DNA of 64,000 bases from Podarcis cretensis. Taxonomy: Eukaryota. Each line of letters begins with the position of its first letter. Position 1 is the first letter of the stretch. The position numbers and the translations under genes were made by a program. The DNA lies in the NCBI GenBank assembly GCA_951804945.1, contig OX638155.1:47926001-47990000 (forward strand). The letters are read 5' to 3'. Below the pieces are notes generated by a model that worked only from the letters and a program-made list of their open reading frames with translations, was not told the origin of the DNA and made no database searches. This document shows positions 52,980 through 64,000 of this stretch, in pieces.

Positions 52980-53950
52980 CTTGTCACACGTGACGGTTTT
53001 TGGTAGGGTGGAGGAACGCCCCCCGCCCAACGAGACGCGAGCAATTGCTATATAGCAGGACCCGCACTTCTGCGCAAAGCCTGCCCGGACCTCCTGCGCC
53101 CCGCGCTGCTATTATTGCACATCCTGAGAGCGCAGTCAAGGGAGCGGCCCCGCCGCTTGCACTTGGCAGGAGCGCGCTCGCCACTTGCAACCCCCGGTCC
53201 CCGCCACTCCGAAGCGCGCTGCAGCTGCCAGCCGAGGGGGTGGGTGCTGCTCGGGAGCGGGGTTCAAGCAGGGCAGCACGCCCCGAGCGAGGCAGAAAGC
53301 GCACTCACAGGTTCTGGGAAGAAGGCGTAAACTCCCATCCCCAAACACAGAGTGAGGGGGAAGCTCCTCAGCTCCCCACGCAGCCCCACCTTGCAATTCA
53401 GCAGGCGCGCGCGGAAAGGAGGCGAGGGGGGAAAGGAGGAGGGGGGGGTCTCTTTGGGCTTGCGCTTTCTACGCCTCCAACACCCCCCCTCCCCTCGTAT
53501 GTGTGCGCGCACTCTCCCCCTCCCCTCTTTCTCTCACCGCTTCGGGCGGCGGCGGCGCCAGGCCGGCAGTTGCGCGACCCTTTCCGACCAGCCGCGGTCC
53601 GCTCTGCGCGCCCCCTCCCCTCGGCTTCTCTTGTAGTTCCCACTCCCGCGCACGTGACCGCGTGGCCCTCCCGGCCGCGCTCCTCCTTCTCCTCCTCCTG
53701 CCAAGATAAGAGGCTCCCGGGAGGCAGCGGCGAGAGCGGAGAGGCAAAGCTCCACCCAGCGGCGGAGGCGCGCGAGGCACTCGGCCGGCGCTGAGACACC
53801 GGCACCCCTTAGACGCCGCAGGTTTTGTTGCCCCACCGCCCCGAGGAAGTAAGGGAACCGCGGGTGCTCCTGCCACCTTGTGAACAAGAGCAACACGTCT
53901 TTGCAACTAGGCTCCAAAGTCCCACCTGCCTCAGGTAGCGCGGCCGGTGC
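52980..53950 (-). promoter_or_regulatory. OSBPL1A: CpG-island promoter of OSBPL1A long isoform (ORP1L)
   Basis: Very high GC/CpG density, GC boxes, E-boxes CACGTGAC at 52987 and 53651; lies upstream of the ATG exon on the minus strand. Confidence 0.85.
53309..53800 (-). other. OSBPL1A: OSBPL1A non-coding exon 1 (5' UTR); 5' boundary approximate
   Basis: Within the CpG island. Candidate donor CCT|GTGAGT (plus 53303-53308 actcac). Exon 2 starts only about 2 nt before the ATG, so an upstream UTR exon is required. Confidence 0.55.
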
Positions 53951-56810
53951 AGAACATTTAGGGAAGTTTTACCTGGCAACATCTGGGTCACAGGTCCCTC
54001 ATTCTCACCTTGAAGGGCTTGGGTTTAGGCAGGGAGGCAGGGGAGCAGCTGTCCCGGCCTGCCCCCTTAAATCAAGTAAATAAAATAGCTTACTAAAAGT
54101 AGAAATAATCAGAATATTTGAAATTGAAATACAGTACTCGCTGGGGTCACTTCAATGATGTTGTGGCACATCCTAGTTGACAGATTTTTCTGAGCACTTA
54201 GGGTGAAAAGAAAGTAATTTGAAACAACTGTTGTTGAGACATTTCAGCCTGAATCTGCAAGCCAGAGCCAGACAGAGGATGATGACAGGTGGGTGTCCTG
54301 CACAGACACACACGTGCGCACACACACACACCCAACATAAATCCTGACTATGCCCATGGCAGAGCTTGGTTCTGCAAGGACCAGAATGCACAACTGTAAT
54401 TGCTTATTGTGTACAATAGGACTTCTGGCAAATAAGTGCTCAGAGGATTACAGCCTAACTGCATCTCGATAGCAGCCCAATGCTATGCAGAGTTAGGTGT
54501 CCCTGAACCCAATGAGATAGAACTGGACTGCAAGACTCACTCTTAAATTGAGGTCTGTAGTAAAGAGTAAGTTGTGTAAGGAGTGCCTGCAGAATTACAG
54601 AGCTAAGCAAAAACTAAGTGTTTTGTGGCACCTTAAAGGCAAACAGGTTTTATTTTGGCATGAACAATTTGATCCATCAAATCACTTTCCACATGTATAT
54701 TTACTGAATAAAAACTCTTCCCACCTGACAAGCTTTTACAAGACCAGTCCCAAGCCTTACTGTGCAATATTAATAAATACTTTAGATTATTATTTCATTT
54801 CTACTAATGTCTGCAAGATGTTTTGGAGAGAATATGTAGAGAAAATCTTCATAGATAGCATAATCTGATTTTGATATGAGCTTTATAAATTAGCTGAAGC
54901 ATCTCATTAAAACAGGCTTCTCAATAAACTTTGAGGAAAATAGCTCCTATTTAAAAAAAATAATAAGAAAAGTAACAAGGACAATGTACTGAATTATAAG
55001 CTATAACAATGCTAGAAAAATAAATGGAACAGTGGAAAACAGGTTTTAACTGCTGACATGAAGCTTTTAAAAATCTACACTAAATGTTAATTATTTTCTT
55101 ACCTAGTATTTTTCTTTGCGTCACAAGAAGACCCTGTGGCATGGAATGAAATAAATCCCAGACTGGTTATATACATGTGCTCCTAATTCCTACATCTAGT
55201 TTTCTGCAGTAGTTCATAGTGTGTTAACTTGTGCCTTCAGCACTTGAGAATAATTTTGCAATAGCTGTGATAATGCCAAAACTGCAGACAGATCTGTAGT
55301 AAAGTGTTGCTAATAGTTACAGACTATAATAATGTGCCAGTGTGTTGAAACAAAGTAATTTCCATTTCCCATTAGATAATGCACTGCAAAAGTAGGCCAG
55401 GAGCTACAGTGCCGTGAGAAAATTTGTCAAGAGTAAGTTGTTCCTTGACTAGACATGTTTAACCCGAAGGAACTAGAAGCCAGAAAGATGCAAAGGAAGA
55501 TGTAATGAGGTGGGCGGTTTTTATTAGTGGTGTTTGGTTCTTCTTATTAAAATATAGTGATAACATTGTGAAATAGCATCACATAAAAAGTACCAGGAAA
55601 CTGAATGTTACAAAAACTATACAAAATGTATGTTTTTATGGTACTGGTGCTGCATATGTAGAGTTCTTTCTATCACTTTCTTGAGTAGGAGGTACAGAGA
55701 AGGGGGCAGTATTAAAACAAAACTACCTATCAAGGCAATTGAAAGCCTGTGTTAGTGAAGCATGCAGCCTATCCACATTTCCTTGGAAGCAACACCTATA
55801 GAGTTTAAAAGGCTTAATTTAATGTAAATATGTATAGGACTGAATTTTCGAAGGATGTGAACACTTCATTCCTTTTCTTAAAGAGATAGCTCAGAACATT
55901 ACACATCATTTTGAAAAGTGAATGGAACAACTGTTGTATTTTGGTTGGAGTCTAGCCAATGAAATAATCTTACAGAAGTTTGTAAACAAATCAACAGAAC
56001 TACAAAAATGGCTGGCAGAGCATAAGCTGTAACATCAAGGAGCTTTCAAATAAAAGTTGCTGCAATGACATAATCACAGCCTTGGTCTATGGAATTTACC
56101 ACCGTCAAAGTTCATGATCACCAATGGTGATAATAGATTAATAAGGAGATTAGATAAAGTAATGAGGGATGGATATTTATTTCAAGAGAAACAAGATAAC
56201 GGGACCAAGACTCCATTCCCATACCTAAGAAGTTCAATACGTGATCAGGAAATTATTTCTTGTGCTTTTTGATAAAGAATATTGGGGTAGATAGATCACA
56301 TCATTCTGATTAAGCAAGGCTGTATACTTTAACATTCTTCTCTTTAATATTAACTGCATGGTCTCTTAAAATCATGCCCAACTATCTTGTTGCTTTTGCA
56401 ACACAGACATTTCTGTCCAATATTTAATATTACAATCATAAATAAATTTTCCTTGTGATGCTAAAAACTTAATTCAAATTAAGTTTAAAAAATAAGATGT
56501 TTTTACTTTCAATAACCACTTGACTCACTGCTTATATAAATGAAATTAGATGCACCAGCTGGCATAAGATCCATGTGTAAAATGTGTTTAGGAGGGGCTG
56601 ATGCTTATCTGGAACTCTTACCATTCAAAAATGAGTTTAGCTATCATGGATACTAACAAGGAGTGGCTGAGACCTCTTCCTCCTCCAGAGAATTACAAGT
56701 TCCTTCAGAGAGAGATCTGAAATTCATTGAGCTGCCACCACTGTAAGAATTGTAGCCACCCACGTGGAGGAATAGTTTTCACAAACAGTACTCTCACTTG
56801 GATCTGCAAG

Positions 56811-57037
56811 ACAAAATAAAAAAAATCCTTCCAGTAGCACCTTAAAGACCAACTAAGTTAGTTCTTGGTATGAGCTTTCGTGTGCATGCACACTATGTAT
56901 CTATGTATCTGAAGAAGTGTGCATGCACACGAAAGCTCATACCAAGAACTAACTTAGTTGGTCTTTAAGGTGCTACTGGAAGGATTTTTTTTATTTTGTT
57001 TTGACTATGGCAGACCAACACGGCTACCTATCTGTAA
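56811..57037 (+). mobile_element. Penelope-like element remnant (inverted pLTR hairpin)
   Basis: Perfect 83-bp inverted repeat (56811-56893 / 56917-56999), 13-bp TSD TTGGATCTGCAAG (56798-56810 / 57038-57050), GTAGCACCTTAAAGACCAAC motif typical of squamate Penelope ends. Confidence 0.85.
56905..56942 (+). ncRNA. Minimal type I hammerhead ribozyme motif
   Basis: GUAU-CUGAAGA-A-[GUGUGC AU GCACAC]-GAAA-GC-UC^-AUAC: helix I GUAU/AUAC, helix II hairpin, self-complementary AGCU helix III. Confidence 0.75.
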
Positions 57038-58889
57038 TTGGATCTGCAAGGTTTACTAAATGTTAATACAGCTGCAGTCTCCTGTGTGAATTTGCTGTTA
57101 GAATTTGCTGTTAGAATCTTGGAGATTTGGAATAGGAAGCACAAGATTGCTTCACGTTTCCTGTTTCCTAACTTGTACATGATCTCTCCTTACGGCAGGA
57201 TGTGTGTACTCTCAGCACAGAAGTGGGGTACCTCATCATAGGGGAGATGAAACCATTCTAATTTGGACATGATGGTGAAGTGTTGGGAACAGAAAGCATG
57301 AAGATCTGAACTGACTCTTAAAAAGAGGGTTAAAACATGTAAAACATAGCCGTCATGATAATAAACAGTCATCTTCAAAGACTGCATTGCTCATGCTCAG
57401 ATAACTACAGCAATATGAATCCTAAGACACTGAACACAGTTTGCTTTGCAACAAACCTATGATTGCAGGTCTACCTGTCTCACACAATTACCTCAAATCA
57501 AGCCAATAAGACATTCAAAAGAAATTATGCGGTAAGGCCTATTATGGGAATACATTCAGATTTTAGAAGAAGTTAACACAAAAAATACAGACTATTTCAT
57601 CATTAACTTGACTAGCATGGCCTTTTATCCCCCCTCCCTGTAGATGTGTCATCTGCTGTTGCATTATACCAAAAAGTGAGAAGGCAAGTGCTCTTGATTC
57701 CCCCCCCCAAAAAAAAAATATGCATATATTGTGTAGTTTTCATTTCTTCTTAGAGGGACCTATCAGTGTCATTCTTTTAGAAAGTCATAGGTTAATGTCA
57801 AAACATAAGATAATCATTATTTTAATTACCTGAATTTTCAACGAAATTAGCCATATAAATTTATATTTAAAAAAAGCACACAAAGGAAAAATGCAGAAAA
57901 GCCTTTAAGTCTAGATATATCCAACTTCTGTAGATAGTGGAAATGAGAATGGGACTTAGCAACTGGGAAAAATGGCTTGTAGGTTGGAACACATGACTTC
58001 TAGGTAGACATCTTTGTGTATTTTTTGAGTGAGCACTTTATTTATGGCCACTACCATGTCTGTTTTGACCCATATTCTATGGCTCCCCTGTAATTGCTTC
58101 CAGTAATGTTTTGGGCCACTGCTTGGCTCAGTTTGGCATAGATTTCTGCTTGGGAGTGTTCAACATGCTGTATCGCAGCAGATTTAATGGCAACCATAGA
58201 TACGATGCTTAGTATAGAAGTGTTCTATACAGAAATGAAGATTTGAATGCACTTATCACTTGTACTTGTCTACTCACATACTGTATAGCATTAGTAAACG
58301 CGTTCTTGGCATGGAGACTACATGTGAACAATCCAACAAATGTGGTAAAAGCATTTAAATGTATGTAACAGGGTGCACCTAGAATATGTGCACAGGTGCT
58401 CAAGCAGGTAAGGACATTTTCTGTGGTTGTTGCCACATCTGCTTTGCCCCTGGGCCTGAAGCAATATCGTAACTGTACTTTCAAGTTCATAATGATGCAA
58501 ATTGCAGAGGCCATGTGTACCACTCCCATTCTGATGAATTTATTCATAGTGAGAGTTTCCACACAGTCCTGTCAACGTTGCAAGCTGGCCAATTGTTCCG
58601 TGTTCTAGCTTTTCAAAATCGTCAATGCAAGCTACTACCATAAACACCAATAAAAAGCAGATTCTGTTGGATCCAATGGGACTGCGTTCAAGTCTGTGTT
58701 TACATTTACTGAACGCCACATCCCTTTTACAGCACCCCCAAATCTATAAACACTTTCTGCTGAATTACAGAACAGCTGTTTACCGCGACTGGGAAGCTGA
58801 AAAAGACACCTTATTTTTGCATCTTTTTGGTCTTCATGCGTTTCTCCTGCTGCATATTGCATTTCCCCGTGGCCTTTCAGCCATACCTA

Positions 58890-59290
58890 TTTCCTAAAGG
58901 GTGACCCGAGCGCCTCCGACTCTCGGCTCTTAAGAGAGGCCGCAACACGCGTCCTCCAAAATTTTGGAGTTTTTTTGCACCTCGCCTTTACGCACATGCG
59001 CTAACCTCTTTCTCCGGGGCATTGATTCTGCGTCCCGGGCGCTGGGCTGATTGGACGCGCGAGCTCCGCCTCCCCGCGCCGTGATGGCGGCGAGTGACCC
59101 GGAAACGGCCCAGAGACAAGTGAGCGCGTTGCGGAGCGGGAGGCTGATGGCGGGGCGTCGGGCTCGGCTTCCTGGAGAAGGGGGCAGGTCAGGGAAACGG
59201 GGCGTTTGCCTAAGGGGTTTTGCCTGCATGCTAAGGTCGCGATGGGGGCGCACATGTGGCTCCAGATATGGTTGGACTCCATCGCCCTGC
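58890..59290 (+). promoter_or_regulatory. IMPACT: IMPACT CpG-island promoter
   Basis: NRF1-like CGCACATGCG at 58991, inverted CCAAT (ATTGG) at 59050, GC box CTCCGCCTCCCC near 59064, ETS-like CCGGAAA at 59099. Confidence 0.85.
59084..59119 (+). CDS. IMPACT: IMPACT first coding exon (MAASDPETAQRQ)
   Basis: 36 nt ending QRQ as in human MAEGDAGSDQRQ; donor CAA|GTGAGC. Confidence 0.9.
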
Positions 59291-59828
59291 AACCCCAACT
59301 TGCATGGTTGGCGAGTGATGGGCATAGTAGTCTAGCATCACCTTGAAGTATATTAATATATTCGTCATCCCGTTGGATCTGACCCAATTCCACCGAATTC
59401 AGTAGTGGCCGGATAGATGCTGCCAGGATGCCCCTAAGGAAACTTTCCCACCTCCTGGTATGCAGAGGCTTAATGAGACCATAGTTATTAGCTGCTGCTT
59501 ATAAATCCTTCCTTCGTGCATTTCTCTGATTGCCTCCTAAAGTCCACCTAGATTTGGGCACTGCGAGGCAACGGTGCTGGATGAGATGGGTCTCTGGCCT
59601 GATCTAGCAGGCTCTTCATATGTTCCGATTCTGTTATACCTTGCTCCTAAGCAGCCACTGTGTTGGGTAGCCGGCTTGTGCTGACTACTAAAGACTTTGT
59701 TTATTCCAACAACTGAATTCTGAATTTGTAATTTTATTTACATTGCATCAAGTTTATTGCACACTACTTAGAAATTATTGTAGTTCAGCAGTATATAAAT
59801 AAAATATTACTGCATAATTTTCTGTTAG

Positions 59829-59957
59829 ACAGAAGAAATTGAAGCCTTGTCTGCTATATATGGCGATGAATGGTGCACCATTGATGAAGATGCAAAAGTA
59901 TTCTGCATTCAGATTAGTGATTGCCTGGAAAAGCCAAAGTGGAGACTCTGTCTGCAG
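59829..59957 (+). CDS. IMPACT: IMPACT coding exon 2, RWD domain (TEEIEALSAIYGDEWCTIDEDAKVFCIQISDCLEKPKWRLCLQ)
   Basis: AG/GT, 129 nt, EEIEALSAIY RWD signature. Confidence 0.96.
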
Positions 59958-61111
59958 GTAGGTTTTCCTGTAACATAACTGGGCGTTGAGTTTGCAACTG
60001 GGTGTCTCAGATGGGCATCTTTGAGCCTACTTTTGCTATTGTCAGGAGGTGTAACGTTGTAAATGTACTGTAATGTTTTATTACATTATTCTGAAATGGT
60101 TGATTTTGAGAGGTATTGTTTTGTTTTTGTTTTTGTTGTTGTTGTTGTAAGCTGCTTTGAACTTGATTCTTTTGGTGGAAAAGCAGCATGCAGATAAATT
60201 GAAGAATGAAGGAATTCTGGGTTGTGGCTTGGCCTCAGATCTTTTGGGTTTAACTTTAGCCTTCATTATGCATTATTCACATATAAGGCATTCATGATTT
60301 CAAGCTTAGAGCAGGGCAAGTTCTTCTGCATCAGCTCCACCCTTTGACAACTGAACCATAACTGGTTGTCTGCAAGGGGATCCCTTCAAACACACAGCTG
60401 CTTCTGCACTGGGCACCCACACAGTCAGGAACCCTGTAGAATTGGGGGTCCCGATCCTGTGAAGCCTGTAAGCACAAGGTGCTGCTTGTGAGCAGGGGTT
60501 CCCTTGCTGGTGACTGCACTCAACATGCAGTCTTTAGAAGTCAGTGCTAGCTTGGCAATGCAGCATTGGGGAATGTGGTGAGGAATGTGACCCCACCCTG
60601 TCTTGAAACTGTTGGTGCCCTACTTAAGAATAACTAGGACTATTCTTTAACACACAATTGATTTATAAATGATGCAGTCAGATATAGGGAGACACATCCT
60701 ACTTTATTAGTCATTGCAGAGTTCTGTAACTTTTAAAAAAGCAAAACTTTCTTTGTAGGTTAGGATTTTTATTTCTCCAAGTATGTTTTAATGTTGGCAA
60801 GATAGTTCTGTGGGTTCTGTCCTTTAATGTTTGCATCTGTCTCACGTATAATGCCGAAAAAATGGGAGAAGTAAAATCTGTATATTATGGGAGAGCCATA
60901 AGGTACCTAAGATACTGATTCTGTACATGTTTATGCATAAATAAGGCTCACTTTGTGTGCAGGACTGTCATATAAGAATTTATGTACTAGTGTTTCCAGT
61001 TATTTAATACCTTAACAATGTTTTGGAACTGTCCTGCGTTTCTCCTCCACCCCGTCCCCAGCTAGATGTGGAATGAAAATTTCTGGCTAATCTACTTTTA
61101 AAACTTTTCAG

Positions 61112-61164
61112 GTGATCCTTCCTCCTGAATATCCAACAACAGCACCACCTATTTATCAAATTAA
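61112..61164 (+). CDS. IMPACT: IMPACT coding exon 3 (VILPPEYPTTAPPIYQI)
   Basis: AG/GTAAGT, 53 nt, YPxxxP RWD motif. Confidence 0.96.
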
Positions 61165-61633
61165 GTAAGTGATAAGTTAATATTCTTGAAAAAAGCTTCT
61201 GTGCCTTTTGTTCCAAACTGTTAGTTTCATAATATGTAACCACTCTGTGTGTGTGATACACAGGCTTGTGTGGAGCAAGTGAGTGTGTGGTGACAATACA
61301 CACTTCAGCTTTGGAGATTTGACCAACAGGGAATGTAGCCCTCTGGCCAAAATCAGCTAATCATCCTGGTTTAAAGGAACTCAGGAAACTCTAAATTATA
61401 GCAACATAAGGGAGAAAGCAAGTGAAAATATGTCTCTTCCTTGTTTTTTATCATCATATTTTGTGATATGTATACTTTCCCAGTATGAAGAAGAAGGTAG
61501 GATTGCAACATGATTTGATTTTGCCAAAGCATATAAAAGCATAATTACGATGAGGTGTTTTTAGTATCTTGAAGTAGAAAATGGTTTTAAAATGATGCAA
61601 ATATTAAACTAGTACGTTCCTTTTTTATTCTAG

Positions 61634-61696
61634 TGCTCCTTGGCTTTCTGGACAGGAATATGCAGAACTTGCAAATTATCTGGAAGAACTCTATGT
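61634..61696 (+). CDS. IMPACT: IMPACT coding exon 4 (NAPWLSGQEYAELANYLEELY)
   Basis: AG/GTAAGT, 63 nt. Confidence 0.95.
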
Positions 61697-62528
61697 GTAA
61701 GTTGTACTGTTTGTCGGAATACGAATCATAGAAAGAAGCATGGGAAGCTGGGATCTAGCATAGTATCTGCTTTCTGTGAAAACCATGTTTTCACAAACCA
61801 GCGGAGAGTGGGTGCAGCTGTATCTGTAAATCGTATTGAAAGGGCCATGACTTTCGAGTGCCCTGTTGAGGAAGAAGCACAGCTGCTGCCATGCTGCTTT
61901 TATTGCAGTTATTTGTATGTTTTCAGATTATATGTGTGCTTGAATTCTGTTAATGCTTAATCATTTTTTCTATGTTTTTAGCTATTCTTGGTTTTATCTG
62001 TAAGCCTCCTTGAGTCCTGTCAGAGTAAAAGGCGGGGAATGAATGAATAACAAACAAACAAACAAATGTAATAATAATAAATGTCATGGTTATATTTTTA
62101 AAAATCCAAATACTGTCCTGAAATGTTTTATACATAATTCCAGCAGATGGCAGCAATGTTGAAAAAGCAATATGAAGCATAACCTTTTGCTGGAAGCGAA
62201 GATTTATGGATCTTATATAAAATAGTCCACTCTGTTTTAGTGAGACAACTGTTACAGCAAAGCTAGGCAAAGGCCGTGTGTTAAGGTGTAACATCACGTG
62301 GCACTTACTTCTGAGGAAGCATGCATAGGTTTGCACTTCCTGACTGTTCTCTTCCAAAACCTAAAGAACGAGCCACTCTGTGTCCCTGGAATGAAAGTGG
62401 TGTATCATAGGATATTTTTACACAAGAAGGCTCCTAAACCACATCTGAAACATATAGATTTCTTTGATGCTATCCATTAAAAAAGTAATTTTAGAGTAGA
62501 TTTGTATATGTTGTATCATGCTTTTCAG

Positions 62529-62614
62529 ACAGAATCTTGGTGAAAGCATCCTTTATCTATGGGTGGAGAAGATACGTGAATTTTTGATAGAAAAATCGCA
62601 GTCTTCTGATTCAG
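62529..62614 (+). CDS. IMPACT: IMPACT coding exon 5 (VQNLGESILYLWVEKIREFLIEKSQSSDS); gene continues beyond the window
   Basis: AG/GTAAGG, 86 nt, GESILYLWVEKIR conserved. Confidence 0.95.
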
Positions 62615-64000
62615 GTAAGGTGCTAAACAAATGAGTCTGAGCAACGCTCCGGAGCAGGTTTTGGGAACACGTGGGGAAAGGAAGGAGAAGTCCTCTTGCG
62701 CACACATAACTCTGCTCACACGGCACTGCATATAACCCATGATGATTACTTTTGATCATTACTATGTAGAAAAACCACAAGTGGGAAGTGAGAAGGCTGT
62801 GTTAAAGCCTGTTGGGCACCATGTGACCCAATAACCAGAAGTACATGCAGGGCTTATGATCAGACATGCAGGGCTTATGATCCGTGTAGCTGGATCATGT
62901 GAGGCAGCGTCAATAAAGCCAGAGGCAGGCTAAGATGCTTTCAGTTGCTTGAGAAAATGATCAATTCTGCTTTCTATATGCCCCCCCCCCAAGAAAACAC
63001 AATTTCAAGCAAAGTATTACATCTAGTTCCAATAGATCAGCAGATTATTATTAAAAAGGCACTTTTAGCCACTTCTCAGAGGCTTCAGCATTCCTCCTAA
63101 AGTGAGAAACAGCGAGAGTGCTATTAAAGCAGTAATACCAGCTGCGGTTTAGTAAGTGTTTAAAAATATCTGATAGAACTGAAACCAGGAATACAAAAAT
63201 ATTTATGCAATGGAAATAGTACTAATTAACGTTGTATGTGGCTTAAGGTTCTGGAATATTTATTTATTGTTTTTATTTATTTCATCTATCAATTGCTTCC
63301 AACAAGACATTGCAAAGCAGTTAAACAATATAGACACAATTTTCAAGCCCAGTGCTGATACAGACAGGGAATAAAAAGGAAGGTCTTCCATAGACACCCA
63401 AAAAATAATTGAGATGGAACCTGACTGATTTGTAACAGGAAGGAGTTCTAAAGGGTGGGAGCCACCATACCAAAGTCTTGCTTCTCTGTCAACAGAACAG
63501 CAACACAGTTGGAATATACAGGCATGTAGTCTGGCATTTCTGTTATTCCTCCAAATTGCAATTTTATCATCTTGATACAACAAATAAATAAGAGACATTT
63601 CAGAATGATAGTTCTTGTTTAGTTTCTTCCTGAAGGGTGTCACGTTTACTGGGGAAATTAATAGGTAGATTACGACACTTAGGATGGGGTCTTTAATGTG
63701 ATCTGCTGTACTTTTTTTTTTTTTTGGCAACTATTGGTGTGGCTTTGAAAACTGCAGGATTTGCAGCCCACATATTTTTCTGCTATCCTCTGCAAAGCAT
63801 TCTTGAAGCCAGACGTGCATTTAGCCATGCCTGCATTTGGTTGTTCTCTCTGCCCTCTAGTGGTATAATGTTTTGGTGTCATGTGCTGTACTAAGGAATC
63901 AGCATGTGGGTGAAAATGATTGGAGCATCCTGAGAGATATAGTGGACATTCAGCAGAATAAGGGGCGTTATAGTAATCTATGCCAAATAATTTGCCTTGA

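Noticed and set aside
53000-53917. Long overlapping ORFs (up to 264 aa) on both strands
   Set aside because: By-product of stop-poor GC-rich CpG-island sequence; low-complexity A/P/R/G content, no recognisable domain.
62843-62882. 21-bp tandem duplication (also a 13-bp one near 57088)
   Set aside because: Ordinary slippage duplications with no further structure.

Overview
Vertebrate genomic DNA from a squamate, most likely a lacertid lizard (inferred from Sauria SINEs, BovB, squamate L2/CR1/Penelope and MITE content). The window holds two head-to-head genes. (1) OSBPL1A (ORP1L) lies on the minus strand. It has a CpG-island promoter and non-coding exon 1 at about 53.0-53.9 kb and 16 coding exons from ATG 45557 to 6251. 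These splice GT-AG into one open frame of 1607 nt covering the ankyrin repeats, PH domain, coiled coil and FFAT motif; the ORD exons lie off the left edge. A second CpG island at about 15.0-15.9 kb in intron 15 is the likely short-isoform (ORP1S) promoter. (2) IMPACT lies on the plus strand, with five coding exons from ATG 59084 (RWD domain), continuing off the right edge. Introns are rich in mobile elements: a near full-length L2 with a 110-bp tandem-monomer 5' end, L2 3' fragments, BovB, three Sauria SINEs with TSDs, mariner/pogo and hAT MITEs, a solo LTR and CR1 remnants. The three most interesting observations are: (a) a young Penelope-type perfect hairpin carrying an intact minimal hammerhead ribozyme between the two promoters; (b) an internal OSBPL1A first exon with an AUG-less frame, a Kozak-optimal CUG overlapped by a 3-codon uORF, that splices in frame to exon 16 and would give an FFAT-containing medium isoform; (c) the L2 monomer array plus a chimeric junction within that L2. 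All coordinates were read by eye; orthology calls rest on recalled human protein sequences, not on a database search.
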